This document shows, piece after piece, positions 19,483-29,228 of a stretch of 64,000 nt of DNA. A program made the position numbers and the translations under genes. Under the pieces are notes generated by a model. It saw nothing but the letters and a program-made list of their open reading frames with translations. It made no database searches and was not told the DNA's origin. Source of the DNA: Candidatus Caccoplasma merdipullorum (GTDB lineage Bacteria; Bacteroidota; Bacteroidia; Bacteroidales; G3-4614); contig JADIMW010000003.1 in the NCBI GenBank assembly GCA_017694415.1, forward strand, positions 13,292 through 77,291. The letters run 5' to 3'. Each line of letters begins with the position of its first letter. Position 1 is the first letter of the stretch.

Positions 19483-20796
19483 TTATTGTGTTATTATTGT
19501 CTGCGGAACAACGTCTGCCTCTTTGGTTTGAACTGTATCCATTTGCGAAAGCAACCCTGCCAGAGAATCGCGGACGGCTGTAAACCTCGGCATGTTTTCC
19601 TTGCTGACAGACTTTTTCGGCTGCGACTTGATCAGCAACGGATTTATGGGTTTCCCGTTTTCATATACTCTGAAGTCGAGATGAGGTCCCGTGGAGAGTC
19701 CAGTCGAGCCGACATACCCTATCACTTCTTTTTGCTTGACCTGACTTCCGACTTTTAATCCTTTTGCAAAGCGCGAAAGGTGCATGTATGTCGATTGGTA
19801 AACGCTGTTGTGGCGTATCTTGACATAATTGCCTCCTCCTTTTGCCTGATACCCTTTGGCTATTACTTTTCCGTCGGCTATCGCATATACCGGCGTTCCT
19901 GTAGGAGCGGCATAATCTACGCCGTGGTGTGCACGGTAGCGACGCAGCACGGGGTGGAAACGACTGTTGGTAAAGCGTGATGTTATTCGGTAGAAATCGA
20001 GCGGGGCTTTCAGGAATACTCCTTCCAGACTCTCTCCCGTCGCTCCGTAATAGAGCTTCTCCCCGTTCTGCTCAAACGGTATGGCATAGTAAAGGCTGTC
20101 GGAATACTTGAATGATGCCGCAAGTATATTGAAACTGTCCAACTCTTTTCCATCGACATATTCCTGTTCGTATATTACGCGAAATTCATCGTCTTTATTC
20201 AAACTGAAGAAATCGATGGACCATCCGTATATGTTAGACAGGACTACGGCCAACATGGGCGACGTTTCCTGTTTTTGCATAGCCAGCCATAACGATGATT
20301 CGACCTTCCCTTTTACCTGCTTCTGCCTCCACTCTACCGGGTTTTCTCCCCGATATACGCCTTTGTCGCCAAGCAAATCGAAAACGACATATGTTCTGGG
20401 ATTCTCTTCATATACGAAATATCGTACGGCATGTGTAGAATCTGGCTTGGAGAAAACGGCGTAAGCCTGTCCGCTTCGTATTTTACGGACATCGAAAACA
20501 TCTTTTGCCTTTTCGCTGATTTCATGAACACTCCTCAAAGAGACTCCATGACTGCTCAATATATAGGACAAGTTACGGTTAGGTTGTACTATTCCGTACA
20601 TTACGTCATATTCATCGACGGGGATACCGTACTTAAATACTATCTCCTCTACTCCTGCGGAATCTGCAACAGCCACCTCATCCAGCGAACCGCTTATTCT
20701 GAACTTCGGGTATAATGTAAAGAACAGAGCTGCTACTACTATTATCAACGCTATAAGTATGCGAACCTTCTTGTTTTTTATCAGAATATTTTTCAT
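19483..20796 (-). CDS. M23 family peptidoglycan metalloendopeptidase, membrane-anchored
   Basis: The ORF-track start at 20823 is TTG. I use ATG at 20796 (MKNILIKNKKVRILIALIIVVAALFF). The M23 motifs are HHGVDYAAPTGTPVYAIADGKV and GPHLDFRV. Confidence 0.88.
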   Translation of the reverse strand: MKNILIKNKKVRILIALIIVVAALFFTLYPKFRISGSLDEVAVADSAGVEEIVFKYGIPVDEYDVMYGIVQPNRNLSYILSSHGVSLRSVHEISEKAKDVFDVRKIRSGQAYAVFSKPDSTHAVRYFVYEENPRTYVVFDLLGDKGVYRGENPVEWRQKQVKGKVESSLWLAMQKQETSPMLAVVLSNIYGWSIDFFSLNKDDEFRVIYEQEYVDGKELDSFNILAASFKYSDSLYYAIPFEQNGEKLYYGATGESLEGVFLKAPLDFYRITSRFTNSRFHPVLRRYRAHHGVDYAAPTGTPVYAIADGKVIAKGYQAKGGGNYVKIRHNSVYQSTYMHLSRFAKGLKVGSQVKQKEVIGYVGSTGLSTGPHLDFRVYENGKPINPLLIKSQPKKSVSKENMPRFTAVRDSLAGLLSQMDTVQTKEADVVPQTIITQ

Positions 20797-20926
20797 ACCA
20801 TAAAAGTATGATTTTCTCTGCAATTTCTAAAGGGGATTAATGATTTATATCGTTTTTTTACGGTACTTCCGGTTTTCTTTACAACTTGAGGGTATTCCCC
20901 GGCCGCCATGCGGCATGTATGATAGT

Positions 20927-21826
20927 TTACGGCTGCGGCGGCGTTTGCGCTTCTTTGCTTATGTGATACAGTTGTGTAGCGCAGGCGGCAAATGCGACAG
21001 CACTGGCGGCGGCCATCCAAAGTGTTCCGTCCTGCGATGTTCCTATGGTATCGATTTTATCGGAGCAATATCCGTTGGCAACTATATATGATGAGATTAC
21101 CGCAAGCGAATTGTTTACGAAATGGGCAAATACGGGAAGCCATATACTGCGCGACCATACAAGAAGGTATCCGAGAAATGCTCCTATTGCGAGACGCGGG
21201 ATGAATCCGTAAAATTGCAGGTGTACCGCACTGAAAATTATTGCCGTTATCCATACTGCGGCATGCGCATTGCGTCGTTTTCCGGCAATAAGGTTCTGGA
21301 TTATCCCCCTGAATGTAAACTCCTCTCCTACTCCGGTGAGGAAACCGACGATGAATATCAACAGCAACAATGCTCCGATAGATTTTGCATCGAGCAGGAT
21401 ACGGGTTGTCTCTTCTGCCATATCTTCCTGTTGCCTCATCCACTCTTCCAAACCTGAAAGGGCTTCGGGCAGATGCATCGACTGATTCCACATTACAAGC
21501 AGATTCATTGCCGGTGTCATTACAATCATTGTCAAAAGGCACAACAGAAACTCCGACAGCGACGGGAATCGCCTTGTCTTAAGCATGTCTTCACCGGGAG
21601 CAGATATGAAAAAGACACATATCAGCGGAGAGAGTATAAACAGTAACAAGTTTTGCAATACGACGCCTGTAAGCATTATGGTTCTGTCTTCTTGTCCGCT
21701 GCCTGTAAGAATAGTAATTACGGTTAAGGCCATTACCGTAACCAAAAACATTATTGCAAATACCAACAGTACTATAAGCAGTTTCTTACCGGTAGATGCA
21801 TCGGCATATATTCCTCGCAGTTTCAT
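20927..21826 (-). CDS. CPBP (CAAX/Abi) family intramembrane metalloprotease
   Basis: 299 aa and polytopic. The family motifs are EEFTFRG, FSAVH and HFVNN. Confidence 0.85.
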   Translation of the reverse strand: MKLRGIYADASTGKKLLIVLLVFAIMFLVTVMALTVITILTGSGQEDRTIMLTGVVLQNLLLFILSPLICVFFISAPGEDMLKTRRFPSLSEFLLCLLTMIVMTPAMNLLVMWNQSMHLPEALSGLEEWMRQQEDMAEETTRILLDAKSIGALLLLIFIVGFLTGVGEEFTFRGIIQNLIAGKRRNAHAAVWITAIIFSAVHLQFYGFIPRLAIGAFLGYLLVWSRSIWLPVFAHFVNNSLAVISSYIVANGYCSDKIDTIGTSQDGTLWMAAASAVAFAACATQLYHISKEAQTPPQP

Positions 21827-21899
21827 TCGATGTTTTATTGATCCGTTTGTTTTTATTTAAAATATAATGCTTGTATTGCCATGCTGAACGATATTAATG

Positions 21900-22772
21900 C
21901 TATATTTTGTCGTTCAGATAGATTACAAGAAGGAGCAACAGGGTAAAAAGCACCTGATTCATGGCTGTCCTCCCGATATAGGCATTCAGTTCTGTTCCTT
22001 CTTTACGGCGTATGCCTCGCCATGCCATGATGTGAAATGTAAGGAATATCATGGCTGCAACTATTGCAGGGAAGAACGAATAGTAAAAAAAGAATACCGA
22101 TGCTATAATGCCGTTGAGCAGGTATGCCGCCAAAGCTGCTTTTCGCCCGAATATCACGACGGATGTCATCTTTCCGTCATTTTTATCGGTCTCCACATCG
22201 CGATAATTGTTTACCAGCAGTATATCGACGGAGAGCAACCCCATGGCTGCCCCGGCAGCGAGAATTTCGCCGTTGCACCATTCTCCGCCTTGAAGCCAAT
22301 AGACTGCCGTTACGGGAACAAGTCCGAAAAATATGAATACGGTTATTTCGCCGAGTCCGTGATATGACAGCGGATACGGGCCTGCTGAATACCACACGGA
22401 AAATATTACTATCATGCACCCTGTTACGAATAGCGGCCAACCGCCTGTCGGGAGGAGCAGGCACCCCAACAGCGCGGCAATACTTAACGCCACGACTGTT
22501 GCAATCAACATTGCCTTGGGCGTTATGTCGCCCGAGGCTACCGCCCTGCGCGGTCCTACTCGGTCGGCGCGGTCGCTTCCGTTTTTATAATCGAAATAGT
22601 CGTTGCCGAAATTGGAGGCTATCTGCGCCACTACTGCAAACAGTGCGCAGATTACGGTAACTGCCGCGTCGAACGTTCCGTCGCTCCATGCATAGGCCGA
22701 GGCAAGTATTACCGGGGCAAGCGATGTGGGGAGCGTTCGCGGACGGGCAGCGGAAATCCACTTGGAAAGCAT
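21900..22772 (-). CDS. menA: 1,4-dihydroxy-2-naphthoate polyprenyltransferase
   Basis: 290 aa. It carries the UbiA-family motif NFGNDYFDYKNGSD. The N-terminus MLSKWISAARPRTLP is typical of MenA. Confidence 0.9.
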   Translation of the reverse strand: MLSKWISAARPRTLPTSLAPVILASAYAWSDGTFDAAVTVICALFAVVAQIASNFGNDYFDYKNGSDRADRVGPRRAVASGDITPKAMLIATVVALSIAALLGCLLLPTGGWPLFVTGCMIVIFSVWYSAGPYPLSYHGLGEITVFIFFGLVPVTAVYWLQGGEWCNGEILAAGAAMGLLSVDILLVNNYRDVETDKNDGKMTSVVIFGRKAALAAYLLNGIIASVFFFYYSFFPAIVAAMIFLTFHIMAWRGIRRKEGTELNAYIGRTAMNQVLFTLLLLLVIYLNDKI

Positions 22773-22777
22773 ATCTT

Positions 22778-24370
22778 TTATTTTTTATCTGCATTTTTTT
22801 GCGGCTCGGTACTCTCCATCTGGAAACACTCTTTTACCGCTTTTCGGATTATCTCCGAGTCGTCGCTGTTTTCTCTTAACAGCGATATTACATAGTTTAT
22901 GTATTTGTCGGTAGTGGCGAATCCGCACAACTGGGTTACGCGGCTCTGGTTTATCATCGATTTCTGGTTGAAGAAACGCAGCACCGCCCGATAATTTCCT
23001 TCATTGACATACCGTTTGAATTTGCTTAGCAGTTTGTTGTACGTGTTGTACGGGTCTATCTCTTCGGTAAGGTGTTCGACGTGTTTTGCAAATTCTTCTA
23101 TCGTCGAGACGCGGGTGTCTATCCTGAATACTATCCCGTTTCTTATCCTGTGGCGCGTATGCAGCAGAGCCTGTCCCTTAATATCGGCTTTGAAGAACTT
23201 TATTATGCACCGTTTTACGGTATTGAATACTTCGTCTTCGTCGTTGCCGGTGCGCCGCGCCACTGTACGGACTATCGGTTCGAGCATGAGGATATTTTCG
23301 ACTTCCGCTACATCGGGGACGTATATGTTCTTGCTGCGCAGATATTCTATTTCATGCGATGTGCGGCGGTCGCGATCGACAATGCCTCTCGATTCGAGGA
23401 GGTGGAAACTCTTCATCTCGGAGAATGCCTTGGTTACTTCTATTACCTTATTGCACCCGCCCAACGGTTTGATAGTCCAGTCGGTAAAGACAAGCGGATA
23501 CAGGCGGCTGTCGATACTCGATACTGAATCGCCCTCGATAAACAGCACGGGTTTACGGCCGCCGAGCAATTCGAGATATATCTCTTCTGGAAGTTTATCG
23601 GGATTTTCTATAAATTCGTAATCGAACGAACCGGTTTCGGCATCGTAACTCTTTACCCATATTCTTTTGCTGTTTCGGGATACGGCAAAATTCAAATCGT
23701 GCGTCAGGTATATGAATGTGCAATCGGGACGGAGGGCTTCTATATCGTCCCATAATGCACTTGTCATGGAAGGGTGAAGATGCATTTCGGGCTCATCCAC
23801 GACTATTATAGATTCGGGACGGGCAATAAACGACGAGGCAATCAGGTAGAATACTACTTTTTCGCCGTGGCTCATCTCCATTGCATTGTACGGGTTTCCG
23901 CTCTTGCCCGAGACTATTTCAATCGTATCGCAACGGCGCACGAGTTTGCTTTGCGGAAAGATGCGTTCCCATATAAGTTGTGTCTTGTCGAGCTTTGATT
24001 TCGGGAGTTTGGCTGTCGTCCTGCCTCGCGACAAGTCTTCCTTGTATTTTATCAGGTCTTCGAGTTCTTCTCTTTGCAGTATTGCAAAAAGTTGCTCGAA
24101 CTCGGTTTTGACTCTTATATGCGATTTTTCGTTGAACAGCCTTGCGTATTCAGCCCCTACGGAGTCGGGACGTATCGGTTTGTCGTAGTCTATCGGACAG
24201 ATTGTATTTAATGCCGAGATTTTAAATGTACGGTCGTAATAGCGTTTTTCTATTTCACTGCCGAAAAGACTTTTACCCGAACCGTTGGCTCCGACTATTA
24301 CAAGTTTATCTGCGTTTTTCAGGACTACCTCATTGTCGTCCCCTGCTTTCCTTGGCAATACTATATCCAT
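22778..24370 (-). CDS. ABC-type ATPase fused to a DUF4435/Toprim-like domain (OLD-family / merged-PARIS-like architecture)
   Basis: 530 aa. The ATPase motifs are Walker A GANGSGKS (aa 27-34), signature-like MSHGEK (166-171), Walker B IIVVDEPEMHLH (188-199) and YLTHD (221-225). The Toprim-like residues are a Glu in LFIEGDS (E279) and a DxD in GIVDRDRR (D332/D334). Confidence 0.75.
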   Translation of the reverse strand: MDIVLPRKAGDDNEVVLKNADKLVIVGANGSGKSLFGSEIEKRYYDRTFKISALNTICPIDYDKPIRPDSVGAEYARLFNEKSHIRVKTEFEQLFAILQREELEDLIKYKEDLSRGRTTAKLPKSKLDKTQLIWERIFPQSKLVRRCDTIEIVSGKSGNPYNAMEMSHGEKVVFYLIASSFIARPESIIVVDEPEMHLHPSMTSALWDDIEALRPDCTFIYLTHDLNFAVSRNSKRIWVKSYDAETGSFDYEFIENPDKLPEEIYLELLGGRKPVLFIEGDSVSSIDSRLYPLVFTDWTIKPLGGCNKVIEVTKAFSEMKSFHLLESRGIVDRDRRTSHEIEYLRSKNIYVPDVAEVENILMLEPIVRTVARRTGNDEDEVFNTVKRCIIKFFKADIKGQALLHTRHRIRNGIVFRIDTRVSTIEEFAKHVEHLTEEIDPYNTYNKLLSKFKRYVNEGNYRAVLRFFNQKSMINQSRVTQLCGFATTDKYINYVISLLRENSDDSEIIRKAVKECFQMESTEPQKNADKK

Positions 24371-24400
24371 CGCATATCCGTTTTGGGGTGATGATTATGG

Positions 24401-24431
24401 CAAATTTAATTAAAGTCCTCGATATACGAAA
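24401..24431 (-). promoter_or_regulatory. promoter for the ATPase-DUF4435 gene
   Basis: On the minus strand the -7 box is TAAATTTG (plus caaattta, 24401-24408). It lies 30 nt upstream of the ATG. A partial -33 TTTc sits at 24428-24431 with a 19-nt spacer. Confidence 0.5.
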
Positions 24432-24510
24432 CTGAAACGGCCGAGACTTTTGTTGTTGGAAAAATACCGGGGTCTTTCGACCGACTGCCTTTGCGTATAT
24501 TTTTAATCTG

Positions 24511-26331
24511 CTACATTACGGCATCGTACAGTTTTTGCAACAATGCTTTTCCGCGCAACAGACACGAATCGGGGGTTGCTCCCTGCATCAGCACGGGGCG
24601 GCCGGAATCGCAGTCGAATATTACGTTGTTGTCCGAATCAATCCACCCGAATCCGTTGGGATAGGTGTAGTATCCGAATTTGCAGAGTGTCGGGTCGGCG
24701 ATATTCCTGCTGAAAGGGAATTCGCCGTAATCGATACCTAATTGGGCAAGCAGAGTGGCGGGGATGTCCGACTGTGAAAGGTACTCTTCTATTACTGCGG
24801 GGGCTTTTACTGCTCCGCCGCTCCATATCATCGGTATTCGCTGACGTGCTTCGCCCTGTTCGTTATACCCCAACAGATACCCTACTCCATGGTCGGCGAC
24901 CAATATTACGAGGGTATTTTCCCACAGGGGCATTTTTTTAAATTCATCGATAAACGCCCCGATGCAACTGTCGGTATATGCTATGGAATTAATATACGGG
25001 TCGGGGAATTTATTATACGGGACTTCAAACGGTTCATGGCTGCTTAGTGTGAGATATATGTCGAAGAAGGGTTCTTTCTGTTCTCTTTTTTTCATCTCTT
25101 CAGCGAGGAACGAGAGTGTCGTCCCGTCGTTCGCCCCCCATTTCGACGCCAACCGACTTACGTCGAAATCCTTATCGGAGATTATCTTTTCCACGCCGCC
25201 GAGCCGGAAGAATGTGCTCATATTGGTAAAGTCGGCATCGCCACCGTATATGAAACGGCTTGTATATCCGTGCTTGCCGAGTTCCTTCATGAGGTTGGGC
25301 ATGTTTTGCATCTTGGCGGGGTATTTCATTACGGACATGGTTGGCAATGCCGGGAATCCGCCGAGGATGGAATATATGCCCCTGTCGGTTCGGAAACTGT
25401 TGGCTATCGTATTTGTGAAAAGAATCCCTTCGCCGGATATTTTATTCAGTTCCGCCATAACCTCTTTGCCGTCTTTTGTTACCGCAGCCCCGGAGGAAAA
25501 ACTCTCCATTATTATCATCAGTATATTCGGACGGGTGTTTTTTATCCAGCGTGCGGTATCGGAGGGGAGATAGGTTTCGCCTCTTAGTCCGGCAACTATC
25601 TTCGCGGCTTCTTCGTCAGCCATATAACGGGCATACTGCGAAAAATCGTTCTCGTGCATTACGGAATAGAGGAGACTGAACACGGGGTTTATGGCCGCAT
25701 TGTTGTACTGTGCGTTGGTACTGAAATATGCCCGCCCGGGGCTCATGGTAGAGGTTCCTATTCCTCCGCGTATCGAAACGAATGTTATTCCTGCAAGTAT
25801 CAGGAAGATGAACGATGATATGATTTTTTTGCGCGGCGCTCTCCAGTCGTCGCATTGCGCGGCAAGTTTATAAGGATAGTATGCAACGGCGGTTGCCAAT
25901 ACCGCGAATATTGCGAGAATCAGCGCAACCTGCCATGTCGGGACAGAGGCTACGGCATCGGCGGGGTTGGTAATATAAAAAAGCGGCGTGGCATCTATTC
26001 GGAATCCCCAATATGAATACAACTCCATATCGGCAACTATTATGAATGTCGCAAATATGCTTATCAGTACTGTATATGTGCGCGAAACATATTTAATCCA
26101 TTTTCCGCGCAGCCATACCGAAACGAGTACTACCAGAAGCAATGGGGCGATTATGTACGATGCGACCGAAACATCCATCTCGAATCCGTGGCGGATAACA
26201 TTGATGTAATCGATGAATCTTGCATCGGCGTACAAGTTATGGTGATACAGCATGAATACCGGTTTTACCAGTATGAACAGGGCTAAGAACCAAATATAAA
26301 CTTTTATTAAAAACAAAAATCTGCGTTTCAC
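24511..26331 (-). CDS. LTA synthase / phosphoglycerol-transferase family protein (membrane sulfatase-like)
   Basis: 606 aa. The N-terminal ~5 TM segments are followed by an alkaline-phosphatase/sulfatase-like domain (NILMIIMESFS ... ADHG). The ORF-track start is GTG (cac at 26329-26331). Confidence 0.85.
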   Translation of the reverse strand: MKRRFLFLIKVYIWFLALFILVKPVFMLYHHNLYADARFIDYINVIRHGFEMDVSVASYIIAPLLLVVLVSVWLRGKWIKYVSRTYTVLISIFATFIIVADMELYSYWGFRIDATPLFYITNPADAVASVPTWQVALILAIFAVLATAVAYYPYKLAAQCDDWRAPRKKIISSFIFLILAGITFVSIRGGIGTSTMSPGRAYFSTNAQYNNAAINPVFSLLYSVMHENDFSQYARYMADEEAAKIVAGLRGETYLPSDTARWIKNTRPNILMIIMESFSSGAAVTKDGKEVMAELNKISGEGILFTNTIANSFRTDRGIYSILGGFPALPTMSVMKYPAKMQNMPNLMKELGKHGYTSRFIYGGDADFTNMSTFFRLGGVEKIISDKDFDVSRLASKWGANDGTTLSFLAEEMKKREQKEPFFDIYLTLSSHEPFEVPYNKFPDPYINSIAYTDSCIGAFIDEFKKMPLWENTLVILVADHGVGYLLGYNEQGEARQRIPMIWSGGAVKAPAVIEEYLSQSDIPATLLAQLGIDYGEFPFSRNIADPTLCKFGYYTYPNGFGWIDSDNNVIFDCDSGRPVLMQGATPDSCLLRGKALLQKLYDAVM

Positions 26332-26524
26332 ACTATTCCTTTTTTCGTATTTTTGCCATTCCTATTTGTATCCGCCGCTTTTTACGGCAGGCATAACCGG
26401 GGATTTCAATCACTCGCGAAGATTGTAAAAACGGAAGCCGCCGACAAACGGTTTTATATCTGTTGTAATCATCGGCGGGTTACTCATTGTCTTCGACGAA
26501 GTCAAAGATACAAAATTAATATAA

Positions 26525-28624
26525 ATGAAACGGATAATATTTTTATTGGCATTATTACTACTATCATCAACTCCTTACACCATGTTGCACGCTGAAAACC
26601 CGCTTACCGAGAAGTTCGAAACTCCGTACGGAACTCCTCCTTTCGACAAAATAAAGATTGAAGATTTCAAACCTGCGATAACAGAAGCGATAAAGATTCA
26701 TCAAGAGGAAATAAACGCTATTACTTCGCAACAGGAGAAACCCGATTTTTCAAATACGATAGAGGCTCTCGACCGTTCGGGACGCCTGCTGGATAATGTT
26801 ACAAGCATCTTTTTCAATTTGCTCAATGCCGAAAGCAATGACGAACTGATGGAATTATCGCACGAGATAATGCCTGTCCTTTCGGAACACTACAACAACA
26901 TATCGCTCGACGAGAAGTTGTTCGAGCGCATAAAACAGGTTTATGAAATGCGTGATTCGCTCAACCTGACGCAGGAACAGAAGATGTTGCTCAAGAACAG
27001 TTACCGTTCCATGGTGAGAAGCGGAGCTTCGCTCAAAGGTGCGGACAGGGACAAATATCGCGAACTGTCGATGGAGCTGAGCAAGCTCTCTCTTACGTAC
27101 GGACAGAATCTGCTAAAAGCCACAAATGCGTTCGAAATGGTTCTTACGGAAGAAGATGAACTTGCGGGACTCCCCGAAAGTGTACGTGAAAGCGCTAAAG
27201 CGCGTGCCGAAAGCAAAGGGAAAGAGGGGTATCTGTTCAACCTCTCCTATCCGAGTTATGCACCGTTTCTGAAATATTCGTCGCGTCGCGACCTGCGTGA
27301 AAAGATGTACAGGGCTTATAACTCCCGCAGCCTCGGAGGGGACTTCGACAACAGGGAGATTGTTCTCGCCACCGTGGAGAAACGTAAGGAACTTGCCAAT
27401 CTGTTAGGTTTCGAGAATTGGGCGGCATATGTTCTGGACAACCGCATGGCTCACGACAGCAAAGGGGTATATGGTCTTCTCGACAAATTGCTGGAGGCGT
27501 ACAAACCTGTTGCCGACAGAGAGGTGGCAGAGATAAAAGCCTTTGCAAAGGAGATTGAGGGGAAAGAGATTGAACTGATGCCGTGGGACTGGAGCTATTA
27601 TTCGGAAAAACTTAAGGACAGGAAATACGACCTGAATGATGAAATGCTCAAACCGTATTTCGAAATAGAGAAGGTAAAGAAAGGGGTATTTGGTCTGGCG
27701 GAACGCCTTTACGGCCTTAAATTCGTAAAGAACGACAGTATCCCGGTTTATCACGAGGATGTTGAAGCGTTCAAAGTACTGGATGAGAACGGAAATTATG
27801 TAGGCATATTGTTTACCGACTATTACCCGCGCGACGGGAAACAGGGCGGCGCATGGATGACGACGTTCAAAGGACAGTGGCGCGAACCCGACGGAACGGA
27901 CAGCCGTCCGCACGTGTCGCTTGTAATGAACTTTTCGAGACCTGCCGCCGATAAACCGGCATTGCTGACATACGACGAGGTTAATACTTTCCTGCATGAG
28001 TTCGGACACTCGCTTCATTCGCTTTTAAGCAAATGTACGTATTCGTCGCTATCCGGCACATCGGTATATCGCGATTTTGTGGAACTTCCTTCGCAGATAA
28101 TGGAGAACTGGCTGGACGAGAAAGAATTTCTCGATACTTTCGCCGCTCATTATCAAACCGGGGAGAAGATGCCCGAGGAACTGGTGGACAAGATTGTGGC
28201 TTCTGCCCGATACCATGCGGGGTATTCGTGTGTAAGACAGTTGTCTTTCGGATACCTCGACATGGCATGGCACACTATAACCGATACTGTTCCGAACGAG
28301 GTTCTTCCGTTCGAACGTAACGCGATGCGCCCTACCGACCTGTTCCCCGAAGTAGAGAATACCGGCATGAGCTGCCAGTTCAGCCATATATTCGACGGCG
28401 GGTATGCTGCCGGGTATTATGGATATAAATGGGCGGAAGTCCTCGATGCGGATGCTTTCTCGGTATTCAAGAAAAACGGCATATTCGACAGGAAAAGCGC
28501 AGATTCTTTCAGGACGAACATATTGGAACGCGGCGGAAGCGACGACCCGATGACGCTGTATATAAACTTCAGGGGTGAAGCTCCGTCGATAGATGCCATA
28601 ATGGAACGCGACGGTATAAAATAG
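26525..28624 (+). CDS. dcp: M3 family peptidyl-dipeptidase (Dcp-like)
   Basis: 699 aa with a signal peptide. The zinc motif is HEFGHSLH. The overall M3 length and C-terminal blocks are consistent. Confidence 0.9.
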   Translation: MKRIIFLLALLLLSSTPYTMLHAENPLTEKFETPYGTPPFDKIKIEDFKPAITEAIKIHQEEINAITSQQEKPDFSNTIEALDRSGRLLDNVTSIFFNLLNAESNDELMELSHEIMPVLSEHYNNISLDEKLFERIKQVYEMRDSLNLTQEQKMLLKNSYRSMVRSGASLKGADRDKYRELSMELSKLSLTYGQNLLKATNAFEMVLTEEDELAGLPESVRESAKARAESKGKEGYLFNLSYPSYAPFLKYSSRRDLREKMYRAYNSRSLGGDFDNREIVLATVEKRKELANLLGFENWAAYVLDNRMAHDSKGVYGLLDKLLEAYKPVADREVAEIKAFAKEIEGKEIELMPWDWSYYSEKLKDRKYDLNDEMLKPYFEIEKVKKGVFGLAERLYGLKFVKNDSIPVYHEDVEAFKVLDENGNYVGILFTDYYPRDGKQGGAWMTTFKGQWREPDGTDSRPHVSLVMNFSRPAADKPALLTYDEVNTFLHEFGHSLHSLLSKCTYSSLSGTSVYRDFVELPSQIMENWLDEKEFLDTFAAHYQTGEKMPEELVDKIVASARYHAGYSCVRQLSFGYLDMAWHTITDTVPNEVLPFERNAMRPTDLFPEVENTGMSCQFSHIFDGGYAAGYYGYKWAEVLDADAFSVFKKNGIFDRKSADSFRTNILERGGSDDPMTLYINFRGEAPSIDAIMERDGIK

Positions 28625-28678
28625 TTCGATGCTCCGCAACGGCTATATACGTATTCGTTACAATATCGAAATGTCTTT

Positions 28679-29173
28679 ATGAGAAAAGTCTTCGACATAC
28701 GGTGGAGCAATTATGTAAAGAGCGTAACATCGACAGTTTCTGCTGTTTTGCTCGTTGCTGTCGCCGTATTGTTGAAACTCTCGTTAGGTTATACACCCGG
28801 AGCCTCGACGGGTCTTGTGTTTGTATTGTTCGTAATGGCTGTTTTCGCATCGAACGCTCCTCTTAAAATCGTACTGCAAAACAATATCCTTTCAATAAAA
28901 AGGGTCTGTTTTACCAAAAACATCCCTTATAACGAAATTGAATATATCGCCCGCTATAACCCGCAGGCGGATATGCGGCTTTGTGCAAGCGGGGGATTTT
29001 TCGGCTATATCGGGATTTTTTGCAACAGGCAAACGGGGTATTACTTTGCTTTTATGGGGGATATAAGCGAAGCGGTATTTATTGAAACGACAAACGGGAA
29101 AAGGTTTGTCGTAAGTTGCGAGGAGCCCGACTTGCTTGTATCGGAAATAAGAAACCGTCCTGTTCAAGAATAA
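28679..29173 (+). CDS. hypothetical membrane protein (two TM segments plus a possible bacterial PH-like C-terminal domain)
   Basis: 164 aa with two hydrophobic segments (SAVLLVAVAVLLKL and LVFVLFVMAVFA). No catalytic motif was recognised. Confidence 0.5.
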   Translation: MRKVFDIRWSNYVKSVTSTVSAVLLVAVAVLLKLSLGYTPGASTGLVFVLFVMAVFASNAPLKIVLQNNILSIKRVCFTKNIPYNEIEYIARYNPQADMRLCASGGFFGYIGIFCNRQTGYYFAFMGDISEAVFIETTNGKRFVVSCEEPDLLVSEIRNRPVQE

Positions 29174-29190
29174 GCCTTGCAGGACGGTTT
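29152..29190. terminator. bidirectional hairpin between convergent small membrane-protein genes
   Basis: An 11-bp stem pairs aaaccgtcctg (29152-29162, inside the last codons of the plus-strand CDS) with caggacggttt (29180-29190). T-runs follow. Confidence 0.65.
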
Positions 29191-29228
29191 TATCGTTTTT
29201 CGCTGTTGCGGTAATGTGTCTTGGTGCA

